Of a DNA stretch of 64,000 nucleotides, positions 28,801 through 38,200 are shown in pieces. Position numbers and translations under genes: made by a program. Under the pieces are notes generated by a model. It worked only from the letters and a program-made list of their open reading frames with translations, searched no databases and had not been told where the DNA came from. This stretch comes from Acidobacteriota bacterium (lineage in GTDB: Bacteria > Acidobacteriota > Thermoanaerobaculia > Multivoradales > J023): assembly GCA_029263395.1 (NCBI GenBank), contig JAJCXO010000036.1, positions 1,638 to 65,637 on the forward strand. The letters are read 5' to 3'. Numbering within the stretch: position 1 is the first letter of the stretch; the number at the start of each line of letters is the position of its first letter.

Positions 28801-29232
28801 TGCCGCGCGCCGGGGCGCCAGGGGCCCCTCTTTCAGGACCTCGGCCAGGCTGCGGCCCTCGACCAGTTCCATCACGATACAGTCCCGGCCTTCCTCGAGC
28901 AACACCTGGTAGGTCTGGACGATCGCCGGGTGGTTCAGGGCCGCTGCACTCCGCGCCTCTCGACGAAAGCGCTCTCTCGCATTGACGCTGGAAATCTCTC
29001 CGGCCTTGACGACCTTGATTGCCACCGGCCGATCGAGCCCTTCATCGTACGCGCGCCAGACCTCTCCCATGCCACCACGGCCGAGCCGGCCTTCGATACG
29101 GAAATCGCCGATGCGCTCGATGGGATCCGTGGCTTTCGCCAGCGCCTCGAAGGTGGATGCCTCAGGCTTCAGATCTTCCGAATCGACGCCCCCAGACGTC
29201 GATGTCGAGCGTTCTTCCATATATTTCACCAC
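25852..29232 (-). CDS. Ser/Thr protein kinase with a TM segment, periplasmic alpha/beta module and long TPR array
   Basis: Kinase motifs are LGRGGMGEVWRA, VAIKVV, HRDLKPGNVMM, DFGLAK and SPEQ. A TM segment (YVLVALTVALAVLAATAF) follows. The C-terminus has more than 10 TPR-like units such as IGDRAGIAYDTCRLGKIFAAQGDL. Confidence 0.9.
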   Translation of the reverse strand: MVKYMEERSTSTSGGVDSEDLKPEASTFEALAKATDPIERIGDFRIEGRLGRGGMGEVWRAYDEGLDRPVAIKVVKAGEISSVNARERFRREARSAAALNHPAIVQTYQVLLEEGRDCIVMELVEGRSLAEVLKEGPLAPRRAAAFFREVAEGLAAAHAKGIVHRDLKPGNVMMSDQGQAKILDFGLAKQADTLEAPLTTSGMIVGTPHTMSPEQAQGEKVDHRSDLFAFGAVLYQALTGEMPFAADSGVAILTKVCMYHPAPVAEVDPRISLELSDLVVRLLQKDPKNRPQSAAEVAAELSRLSIEDSTVRSPVRPRLDPPSRVAPNRRQYVLVALTVALAVLAATAFWRFGPVGTDQKSPASATAEVLRPPVMRPSVAVFGLEAVSKVPNDAWLAVAMAEMLVTELAAGDQIRVVGNGDSAHAGLELGVGDPAGMTAEDFVRLGRNLGVDFVVEGTFSDLGGQAASLLQLDLLLKSATSGETVATGRATGTPQRLFALIDRAAAGLRKELGAGPLKPAQALAVEASLPVAPNALRNYAEGLAKLREFDALAARDLLQAATSEEPEFPLAHAALAEAWLVLGYDDEARQVAGKARELAGGLSGTVRQRIEARFFATATEWDEAARIYGDLFAAFPDDIDLGFRLGEAQIKAGEPTGALVTLEQLRRLPEPWRLDPRIDIARSVALKRLGKFEQAQSAALAAVERAKVVQLPLVEARGRLEMAGAELGLGNNDRALDALQEARRIFSDAGDRLGYAKTLEAMAIAVRNRGQLAEARRHLENALAVYQELGTRGREASVSATLAAIHADEGRLEEAFEVFEQSLATLREIGDRSEEGRVLIAMGYTLSAQGELDDAILRYEEALSLFDGLSDKRGAAIATTNIAEILYARGELEEARRMHEDALAINREIGDRAGIAYDTCRLGKIFAAQGDLIAARRKFEEALAMQKDEPAAAAQTQLELAVLDLLMGKPKSAVDLAREAEEVLRTQQWNDAAVMAGAVLVRALVDSERTEEAARALARAEALTEKSADRRSQLVVGIAAANVWAASGRGSAAAVANLEQIAADAGEAGYLEEHFEARLAAGEIEMRVGRRASSMARLAGVESEARGHGYIQIADRAAAVGGPDGG

Positions 29233-29529
29233 TAAAGCCGTAATTCTAACGGATCGGCCGTGAACACCCTTCGGTACTCGAGCCGTGCTCGTTCAGCCAG
29301 CACGTTCCCGGAAAACATGACAAGGCCTCTGCGAATCGGAATAATCTTTTCTCGCTGTGGGCACGCTACGTTATCACTCCGCCATGGCCAGGAATCACCC
29401 ACCGCACCGCGGACCCCAGCTCGAACTCGCTGGCGACCTCAACGTGGCCTGCGTCAAACACCGCCGGGCGCGAAGGTCCCGATCGCTGTTGTTCGGAAGG
29501 CGGGAGAGCGCCACCCCCCGTTTCACATA

Positions 29530-29566
29530 CTCGGCACCACATAAGTTGCAACAACCTGGTGCCGAG
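29530..29566. terminator. 10-bp perfect-stem hairpin downstream of the permease gene
   Basis: CTCGGCACCA-N17-TGGTGCCGAG lies about 75 nt past the stop at 29640 (minus strand). No U-tract follows, so it may be a terminator or another structure. Confidence 0.3.
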
Positions 29567-29639
29567 CAACTTCCGGACGATCCGGATCATGGCGGCTTAT
29601 CTGGAAGGTCGGTTGTTAACGGGCGACTGAGCGGTCGAA

Positions 29640-32048
29640 TCACCCGTCGCGCAGCGCAACAATCGGGTCGACGTGGGCAGCGCGACGAGCCGGCAGGTAA
29701 CAGGCAGCGGCAGCGGCCACCAGCAGCACGATGACAACACCGATGAAGGTCACCGGATCGGTGGGTGCCACGCCGAAGAGGCTCGCGGCGAGGTAACGGG
29801 TGAGGCCCAAGGAAGCTCCCATGCCGAGCACAACGCCAATGGCTGCCAACTTCATCCCCCAGCTCATCACCAATCCGACAACACCCCAACGGCGCGCCCC
29901 GAGCGCCATGCGGATCCCCATTTCATGACTCCGCTGGGCGGTGGAATAGCTCATCACTCCGTAGATACCGATGGCTGCCAACACCATGGCGAGGGTGGCG
30001 AAGCCGCTCAATAGTTGGGTTGCCAGGCGACGTTGGCCAACCGAGCCGGCGACCACCGCTTCGAGGGTGCGCACCGCGGACAGGGCTTGTTCGGGATCGA
30101 TCGCCTGCACCTCTCGGCGGACCACCTCGATCAGAGTCTCGGGATCGGTTTTGGAACGCACCACCACTCGCATCGATGACTGGGTGTTTTGCGCAAACGG
30201 TACGTAGGTCGCCGCACGGTAGGCTTCGCCGAGCTGACGATGGCGAACGTTACCCACCACGCCCACGATCTCTTGGAGACCCTCGCTGTTCCACTGAAAA
30301 TCGATACGCTGGCCGATCGGGCTGCGGTTCGGGAAGTACAGGCGGGCAAATCCTTCGTCGACGATCGCTACGGCCTGGGCCTCGGCGCGGTCGTCGGCGT
30401 CGAAGAAGCGTCCCGCAATCAACGGGATGTCGAGGGCTCTGAAGTAGTCGGCTGAAACCCGACGTTTCTCGGCGTGTGGCGCCCCGTCTTCCGGCCAGGT
30501 CAGCCCTTCGACGGCGAAGCCGCCGCTGGGACCATCGGTCAGGGGTGGCGTGTTGGTGATCGCCGTGCTTTCGACGCCTGGCAGGGTCTCGAGTCGACCG
30601 AGCAACTGATCAAAAAAGGCCACTTGCTGGTCGGCCTGAGGGTACTTCACCTCCGGCAGATAGAGACGAAAGGTCAGGACCTGTGCGGGTTCGAAGCCAA
30701 GCTCTTGATCCATCAGGCCCTTGAAACTGCGGACCAACAGACCGGCGCCGATCAGCAGCATCAACGACAAGGCCACCTCTGCGACCACCAAAGCGTCTCG
30801 GGTACGATGACGGCTGAGACCGCCGGCTTGACGACCGGCTTCGCGGCAGGTCTCCGCCAGTCGCCCGGCGGTCGCCTGTAAGGCTGGCGCGAAGCCAAAA
30901 AGCACCGCCGTCATCAAACTGAGCCCCAAGGCAAATACCAGGACTCTCGGGTCGAGAGTGAACATCTCGGGCCGCGGCAGATCATCGAGGCGGGCAGCCG
31001 CCAGAGCTCGCAAGCTCCACCAGCTTGCGAGGACTCCTAATCCACCCGCCGCCAAGGCCAGTAACAAGCTCTCAGTTCCAAGCTGTCGGATCAGCCGCCA
31101 GCGACTGGCGCCGATCGCCATCCGGACGGCAATCTCGCGACGCCGCGAGGCGGCACGGGCAAGCAGCAGGTTGGCGACATTGGCACAGCCGATCAATAAC
31201 ACCAGGCCCATGGTGCCGAAGAGCATCAGGAGGGGCGACTTCGCGTCCCGGGTCAACACCTCGGAGAGCGCATTCAGCGCGATACCATGCCGTGTTTTAC
31301 CCTCGTCTTGTAGCCGCGCCGCAATCGCTTCGACTTCTCCGGCAGCTCCTGCCAAGGCCAACTCGGGGCGCAATCGACCCAGTACGCTGAGAAAGTGCAG
31401 GCCGCGCGGTGCCCCCTCCTCTTCGAGCCGCAGCGGCAGCCAAACGTGACGCTCAGCGCCAGCGTAAAAGTCTTCCGGTCGACGCGCCGCCTGACCAGCG
31501 GCAAGCACGCCAACCACCTCGACGCTTTCACCGTCGAGGTGCAGGCTACGTCCGATGAGGTCGGGATCACCGCCGAACTGTTGTTGCCATAGGTCGTGGC
31601 TCAGCACCGCCACTCGGGCGGCCCCAGGTGGTTCGTCGTCGACTGCCAGTAGACGGCCGAACGCCGGCCTCAGACCGAGCATAGTCATCACCGACGCCGA
31701 GGTTCGTACCGCATCGAGCCGCTCGGGGGTGGCGTCGCCGGTGAGCGTCACGACGTCATCGAAGTAGGCCCCGAGACCTTCGAAGATCTCACTCTGGTCC
31801 CGCCAGTCGATGAACTCGGGAAAGGAAGCTGGTGCTTCCGCAAGCTGCGATTGGACGTCAACCACCTGCACCAAGCGGTCGACGTCGGGATACGGCAACG
31901 CCTCGAGCAACACCGCGTTGACCAGGCTGAAAATTGCAGTGTTGGCACCGATCCCAACGGCCAGCGTCAAGACCGCAACCAGGGTAAATCCAGGGCGCTT
32001 GGCCAGCGTTCGCAACGCATACGTCACATCCTGCCAAATCGTTTCCAT
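29640..32048 (-). CDS. ADOP-family duplicated MacB/FtsX-type ABC transporter permease
   Basis: The N-terminus [48 protein letters not shown] is the hallmark of this family. The 802 aa contain two FtsX-like halves. Confidence 0.8.
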   Translation of the reverse strand: METIWQDVTYALRTLAKRPGFTLVAVLTLAVGIGANTAIFSLVNAVLLEALPYPDVDRLVQVVDVQSQLAEAPASFPEFIDWRDQSEIFEGLGAYFDDVVTLTGDATPERLDAVRTSASVMTMLGLRPAFGRLLAVDDEPPGAARVAVLSHDLWQQQFGGDPDLIGRSLHLDGESVEVVGVLAAGQAARRPEDFYAGAERHVWLPLRLEEEGAPRGLHFLSVLGRLRPELALAGAAGEVEAIAARLQDEGKTRHGIALNALSEVLTRDAKSPLLMLFGTMGLVLLIGCANVANLLLARAASRRREIAVRMAIGASRWRLIRQLGTESLLLALAAGGLGVLASWWSLRALAAARLDDLPRPEMFTLDPRVLVFALGLSLMTAVLFGFAPALQATAGRLAETCREAGRQAGGLSRHRTRDALVVAEVALSLMLLIGAGLLVRSFKGLMDQELGFEPAQVLTFRLYLPEVKYPQADQQVAFFDQLLGRLETLPGVESTAITNTPPLTDGPSGGFAVEGLTWPEDGAPHAEKRRVSADYFRALDIPLIAGRFFDADDRAEAQAVAIVDEGFARLYFPNRSPIGQRIDFQWNSEGLQEIVGVVGNVRHRQLGEAYRAATYVPFAQNTQSSMRVVVRSKTDPETLIEVVRREVQAIDPEQALSAVRTLEAVVAGSVGQRRLATQLLSGFATLAMVLAAIGIYGVMSYSTAQRSHEMGIRMALGARRWGVVGLVMSWGMKLAAIGVVLGMGASLGLTRYLAASLFGVAPTDPVTFIGVVIVLLVAAAAACYLPARRAAHVDPIVALRDG

Positions 32049-32134
32049 GGTGCCTCCTTGTCGTCTCTAGGGGATTAGACGCTGGTGGGACTACATGGTT
32101 TGCATCGCGGCGGATCCTTTCCTGGCGCCGAGAC

Positions 32135-32373
32135 GATCAAGCAGCGCTATGTGCTTGATCGCATCTGTCCTGGGTTCGATCAAGCAACGCTGTGTGCTTG
32201 ATCGCATCTGTCTTGGTTTTGATCAAGCATACCCTGATGCTTGATCGCATCTGTCTTGGGTTCGATCAAGCAGACCCTGCGATTGATCGGAACTGTCTTG
32301 ATTTAGATCAAGCAAACGCTTGCGTTTGATCGCACCTGTCTCGAGGACGATCAAGCCAGTCGCGCTGGTAGCC
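32135..32373. repeat. tandem array of 43-bp units (5 full units plus 1 degenerate), each with a GATC-capped palindrome
   Basis: Units start at 32135, 32178, 32221, 32264, 32306 and 32349. Each unit is GATCAAGCA-N8-TGCTTGATC followed by a conserved 17-nt linker, GCATCTGTC(C/T)TGG(G/T)TT(C/T). Confidence 0.9.
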
Positions 32374-32378
32374 CAACG

Positions 32379-33983
32379 TTAGCCCAAGTCTTCTCTGAGG
32401 GCCGTCCGGTTGATCTTGCCGCTGCCGGTGCGCGGCAGTTCACCCCGAATCTCGATCCGCGACGGCACGGCATAAACCGACAAACGTTTTGCTGCGCCGC
32501 GCCTCAGGGCGTTGGCGTCAACCCTAGACCCTTCACGCAACAGCACCGCCGCAAAAATCGTCACTTGGCCTTCTTCGTCACGCAGGTCGACTGCGGCAGC
32601 TTCGGCAACGTCGGGCAACGCATTGAGCACAGCTTCCACTTCGTCGAGCTCGACACGATAGCCGCGGACTTTGACTAGGCGATCCCGGCGCCCCAGGAAA
32701 ATCAGATGGCCATCACCACGGTCTCGCACCAGATCGCCGGTGCGGTAGAAGACCTTTTCGAAGTCGGTAAATAGAACCTGGCGAAAGAACGCTTGTTGGT
32801 TGAGATCGGGACGCGCCCAATAGCCGCGCATCATGGTGGGAGCCCGAATCAGCAATTCGCCAGGTTCACCGGGCTCTACCGTGCGGTCCTCGCCATCAAC
32901 GATCAAACCTTCCGCACCGGGCCAGACCGGACCGATCGGGATCGACTGCTCGCGGTCGAAGTCGTCAGGGAGATGGTAGGCGGTACATTGGTTGACCTCG
33001 GCGGGGCCGTAGGAGTTCGAAAAACGAGCGTTCGGCCACAGCTCGGCCAGCCGCGCCAGATGTTTGGGGGCAAAAGGCTCGCCGCCGAAAAGCACCCAAC
33101 GCAGGCTGCTCAGATCACGGTCTTCGATCCCCCCCTGCTCGAGCAGCTGGATCAGCGCCAGCGGGACCGAGTACCAGAAGGTCAGCTGCTCCTGCTCGAT
33201 CAGCTCCGCCAGGCTGCGCGGGAACATGGTGACTTCCTCGGGAATAATCACGGTGGTTGCGCCACACAGCGGGCCGGTGAGGTATTCGAAGGTCGACATG
33301 TCGAAGTGCAACGGCGAGTGGTTGCCGAGTCGATCCGTAGGCATCACGCCGTACTCGCGGGCTGACAGCCGGGCATACGCAAGACCGCTGGCGTGAGTGT
33401 GCATCAATCCCTTGGGCACTCCGGTCGAACCCGAGGTATACATGATGTACGCCAGGTCTTGTTCGACCAGCTGGACCGCGGGGTCGACTCGCTGCACGGG
33501 GTCGACTCGCTGCACGGCCTCGACTACCGCATCGACGGCCTGCCAGGCAGTAAACGAGATCTTCGATTCGGCGGCAACGTTGGTGGGCGCGTCTGCTCCA
33601 ATGACATGTTGGAGCTCCGGCACATCCACCGCCACCCGGGCCACCTTACGGGCGTGCGACGGGTCGGTGATGAGATGCCGAATGCCACAGTCTTCGACGA
33701 TGAACTGCACCCGCGCCGGCGGTGCGGTCGGATCGATCGGTACGTAGGCAGCCCCTGCCTTGAGGATGCCATAAAGCGCCACCGGCAGCTCGAGGCATTT
33801 GTTCATGTAGATGCCGACGCGGTCGTGGGGGGCCACCCCCTGCTCTACCAGCACGTTGGCCAGGCGGTTGGCACGGTCCACCAGTTCGGCATAACTCAGG
33901 CTGCATCGCGCAAAACGGAACGCCTCGCGCTCAGGGTTGCGGTCTGCCGCCTCGTCGATCGAGTGATGGAGCAGAAAGCCCAC
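32379..33983 (-). CDS. stand-alone amino-acid adenylation enzyme (AMP-binding, DltA-like)
   Basis: A-domain core motifs are present: YIMYTSGSTGVPKG, NSYGPAEV, YRTGDLV, GRRDRLVKVRGYRVELDEVE and GSGKINR. Confidence 0.8.
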   Translation of the reverse strand: MGFLLHHSIDEAADRNPEREAFRFARCSLSYAELVDRANRLANVLVEQGVAPHDRVGIYMNKCLELPVALYGILKAGAAYVPIDPTAPPARVQFIVEDCGIRHLITDPSHARKVARVAVDVPELQHVIGADAPTNVAAESKISFTAWQAVDAVVEAVQRVDPVQRVDPAVQLVEQDLAYIMYTSGSTGVPKGLMHTHASGLAYARLSAREYGVMPTDRLGNHSPLHFDMSTFEYLTGPLCGATTVIIPEEVTMFPRSLAELIEQEQLTFWYSVPLALIQLLEQGGIEDRDLSSLRWVLFGGEPFAPKHLARLAELWPNARFSNSYGPAEVNQCTAYHLPDDFDREQSIPIGPVWPGAEGLIVDGEDRTVEPGEPGELLIRAPTMMRGYWARPDLNQQAFFRQVLFTDFEKVFYRTGDLVRDRGDGHLIFLGRRDRLVKVRGYRVELDEVEAVLNALPDVAEAAAVDLRDEEGQVTIFAAVLLREGSRVDANALRRGAAKRLSVYAVPSRIEIRGELPRTGSGKINRTALREDLG

Positions 33984-34010
33984 GGGTTCTCGCGAGGTTT
34001 GAGGGGTGGA

Positions 34011-35162
34011 TTAGAGGCCGAGCAGGCTGGTGATGAGGCTGCGCTGGATATCCGAGGTGCCAGCGTAGATGACTCCACCGATCGAGTCGCGCAGTTGCCG
34101 TTCGACGCCGTGTTCCTCGAGATAACCCCGCGCCCCGTGGATTCGTACCGCGTCGGTCGCACATGCCAGCAGGGCTTCGGAAATATGCAGATTGGCCATC
34201 GCACATTCAATCCCGGCGTCTTCTTCTGCGTCTTTCATCGCCGCAACCTTGTACATCAGCAGGCGTGACGTCTCGAGTCGCAGACGCATGTCAGCGATGC
34301 GATTCGACACCGATTGGAAGTTGCCGATCGGCTGGCCAAACTGTCGACGCTCCTTGGCATATTTCAAACAGCGCTCGAACAGATGCTGCATCGCCCCGAG
34401 GTGGCCGGCGTGAATGAAGGCCCGCTCCCAGGAAATCGTCTGGGTAAACAGGCTCATGCCGATGCCTTCGCCACCGAGCAGATGTTCATCAGGAACAAAA
34501 CAATCCTCGAAGAGGAGGTCGCCCATCGGATTGGTGCGGGTACCAGTTTTGGCCCGCGGCTCACTCCGGGAGCAGCCGGGGCTGCTGGTTTCGACCAGAA
34601 ACGCGGAGACGCCCCATTTGCCAGACTCCGGGTCGGAGTTGGCGAGGACCAGCGCCAGATCTGCCACCGGCGCCATGCCGATATACATCTTGCGACCGTT
34701 GAGCAGATATCCGCCGTCTGTTTTGGTGGCAGTGGTCTGCAGACTCAAGGCGTCGGATCCTGAGGTTTCCTCGCTGACGCCGTGGCAGCCGATCCACTCG
34801 CCGGAACAGAGTCGTGGCAAAAATTTCTGCTTCTGCTCTTCGTTGCCGTAGATCAAAATCGGCTCTTGCACGCTCCAAGTCTGGCCACCAACCCCCAGGG
34901 TCAGACCGTTGTCGCGGCAACCGTAACCCAACGCCTCCAGGATCAAAACTGTGGTGACGGCGTCCAAGCCTTGGCCGCCATACTCGACGGGAATGTGGCT
35001 ACCCAAGATGCCCTGGGCGCCACAACGGTGCCAGTCCTCCCGCGGAAAGGTACTGGTCCGGTCGTGGTCGCGCAGCTGAGAACCGAGCTCGCTACGGGCG
35101 AACTCGAGCGTCTGCTCTCGGCGGGTTAACTGCTCTTCGTCGAAAGCAGGAGTCATAGTCAC
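34011..35162 (-). CDS. acyl-CoA dehydrogenase family protein
   Basis: The 383-aa protein has typical ACAD blocks: GCHGVSEETSGSD, YIGMAPVADL, the FQSVSNRIADM region and IYAGTSDIQ. Confidence 0.8.
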   Translation of the reverse strand: MTMTPAFDEEQLTRREQTLEFARSELGSQLRDHDRTSTFPREDWHRCGAQGILGSHIPVEYGGQGLDAVTTVLILEALGYGCRDNGLTLGVGGQTWSVQEPILIYGNEEQKQKFLPRLCSGEWIGCHGVSEETSGSDALSLQTTATKTDGGYLLNGRKMYIGMAPVADLALVLANSDPESGKWGVSAFLVETSSPGCSRSEPRAKTGTRTNPMGDLLFEDCFVPDEHLLGGEGIGMSLFTQTISWERAFIHAGHLGAMQHLFERCLKYAKERRQFGQPIGNFQSVSNRIADMRLRLETSRLLMYKVAAMKDAEEDAGIECAMANLHISEALLACATDAVRIHGARGYLEEHGVERQLRDSIGGVIYAGTSDIQRSLITSLLGL

Positions 35163-35267
35163 CTTTATATTTTAACATTCGTTGCCTGATCGAGCCTAGA
35201 CTGAATCGGACCCGATACAGTTGGCGAAGACACACTAAACAACCGGCAGACTTTGTGTCGGCCCGCG

Positions 35268-38200
35268 ATGTATTCACAGTTGGAGTTGCTATTGGACGTT
35301 CAGACAGAGCAGGAAACACCGCTGGCCCACAACCAGTTAGCGATCTGGATCGGGCAACAGCTGCATCGGGACAGTCCGCTCTACAACATGACGTTCGCTT
35401 GGATTTTCCAAGTAGATGTTCGCACGGATCTCTTTCAGCAAGCCTGGCAACGGGTCGCCGATGGCAGCGATGCCCTCAGGACCCAGATCGTGGAACGCGA
35501 CGGCGTGGGCCTGCGACGGATCAGCCCAGGAGGCAGCTGCCTCACGACGGTACTCGACTTACCACCCGATAGCGACAGCAACCCGGAAGCACACTTCCTC
35601 CGCTGGTGCCGCGAGCGCTGCGCTCGCCCCCTGAACTACGGCGACCAACTGGTCGACAGCGTGCTGGTCGAGCTCGGGGAGGGCAAAACAGGCTGGTATC
35701 TGAACCTGCATCATCTGATCACCGACGCGTCATCGACCGTCCTGCTCTACCGCCAAGTGGCGGCGGAGTATGCCGCATTGATCGACGGCAAGGCTCCGAT
35801 TCCGGTGCTCTATGACTACTATCCGACGTTGGCCAATCTGGCAGCCAAGACGCGGCCGTCGGACACCGCCCGCCAGCACTGGGCCGACCGGCTAAAGCGC
35901 CAGGATCGGTTGATTCCGTTGTACGGTCGTCAGGCCGAGCCGGTGGGGACGGCCAGTACCCGCTTAACCCTACAACTCGACCCGCAGCGCACGCGAGCAC
36001 TCGATCGGCTGTGCGCCGAAACCGGTTTCGCCAGCCTGTCGCGCAAGATGTCGCGTTTCGCTTTGTTTGCGACGCTGCTGCTGAGCTGGCTCCACCGGGT
36101 CAGCGGGCAGGCGGCTCTGGGTTTCGACGCACCGGTGAGCGGCCGCCCGACTGCCAAGTCCAAACGGGCTCTTGGCCTCTTCATCGAGATGTTCCCGTTC
36201 GCCGTGACGGTCGAGCCACAGGATACCTTCAGGACGCTCGGCGCCAAGTGCCTGGCGGAGGCTGAGCTTTTCCTGAGCCACGCCTTGCCTGGAACAAGCT
36301 CCCCCTCCGGTGCGGCCGCCAGCAACGTCGTGCTCAACTTCTTCCCCGACACTTTTGGCGACTTCGCTGGGACCCCGGCCGCGGTCGAGTGGGTCCATCC
36401 CGGTCACGGTGACAGCGTGCACGCATTGCGCCTCCAGGTTCACGACTTCGCCGGTTCGGGTGGCACCACTCTACATTTCGACTTCAATGATCGGGCGCTA
36501 TCGGATCGCCTGCGGCGTCGAAGTCTTCGGCACTTCGAGAGGATCGTCACGGCGCTGCTCGACGATGTGGATGGGCGCATTGCGGCCGTCGACATGCTGA
36601 CCGACGACGAAACCTTGGCCTTGGCAGAGCTGAATGCGACGGCGGGTTCACCACTGCCGGATCAAACGGTGGTCGAGATGTTCCTGGCACAGGCCGCAAC
36701 CAATCCCCAACGGATCGCGTTGCGTCAAGGTGAGGCAGAGCTATCGTTTGAGGATCTCCGTAGTCAGGCCGAAGCCTTGGCAGCCACGCTGGTTCAGGCT
36801 GGTATTACGCCAGGGGACGCTATTGCGCCAGGGGACGGTGCTACGCCAGGGGGCCGTGTCGGAATACTTTCCCGACGTTCGATGGATACCGTCGTCGCTA
36901 TCCTGGCGACGCTGCTGGCCCGCGCAGCGTACGTCCCGATCGACCCGGCGTATCCCCGGCAGCGCAGAGACCATATTCTCCATGACTCCGCGGCCTGTCT
37001 GGTGCTGGTCGGCGAGGACGTAGAAGCCCCTGCGGCGTCAGGCACAGCCTCGCGTAACCCGAACCCCGACGTCCCCGTCCTCTCGATCCGCGAGGGAATC
37101 CGCGCCGGACGGGATACACCATTCAACCGACCGCACCCAACGCTCGACGATCTCGCCTACGTGCTCTACACCTCCGGCTCTACCGGCCAACCCAAGGGGG
37201 TTTTGATCGAACATGGCGGACTTGCAGCCTATTTGCAGTGGGCGGAGCGCCAGTACGTGCGCGGAGACCGGCTGCGATTCCCGCTGTTCACCTCGCTGTC
37301 GTTCGACTTGACCGTCACCAGCCTATTTCTGCCGTTGATCACCGGCGGGGTGCTGGAGATTTATCCTGAGCCGGCCGGCCCCGTTGACTCGGCGCTGATG
37401 GACGTCGTCCGAGCCAACGCTGTCGACTTCATCAAACTCACCCCGTCCCATCTTTCGCTGCTGCTGCAAATGAACCCGACCCCATCGCAGCTCCGGCGTA
37501 TGGTGATCGGTGGCGAGGATCTGAAGACGCAACTGGCGACCGAAGTCAGCGCTCGGTTTGGAAATTCACTCGAGATCACCAACGAATACGGGCCGACGGA
37601 AGCGGTTGTGGGCTGTATTGCCCACCGTTATGACCCCGCGGTCGACGATGATCTTCGGGACCCTAGTCCTCGGGTTCCGATCGGGGTGCCGGCGGATCAT
37701 GTCCAGATCGAGATCCTGAATGCGGCACAATCGCCGGTACCGGAGGGGGTTCCAGGGGAACTGTGGATCTCTCGTTACGGTCTGGCCCGTGGCTATCAAG
37801 GCCTCGACGAGTTGACGGCTGAACGGTTTCAGGCCCGCCCGCAGCACAGCAACGGGCGGCGCTACCGGACGGGTGATCGGGTGCGCATGGTGAGTCCAAA
37901 CAAGCTTGAATATTTGGGACGTCTCGATCGGCAGTTGAAGATTTCAGGCTTTCGCGTCGAGCCGGCAGAGATCGAAAACGCCTTGTTGTCGCTGCCCGGA
38001 ATCGAGCAGTGCGCGGTGATCGCACGCCGGCGCACCGCCTCCCCGTCCAAGGAGCGCTTGGACCGTGCAGACGGTCAGCCGAGCAGTGACGGCCTGACGG
38101 GCACGGCAGACCTGACGAGCACTGTAGCCCTGTCGAGAACGGCAGACCCGACGTGTATTCGGTGCGGCCTACCGTCGAGCCACCCTCGTGCAGTCTTCGA

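Noticed and set aside
32135-32373. Possible CRISPR array
   Set aside because: The period is only 43 bp. The 17-nt 'spacers' are conserved between units rather than unique. The variable part is the hairpin loop. No cas genes lie nearby.
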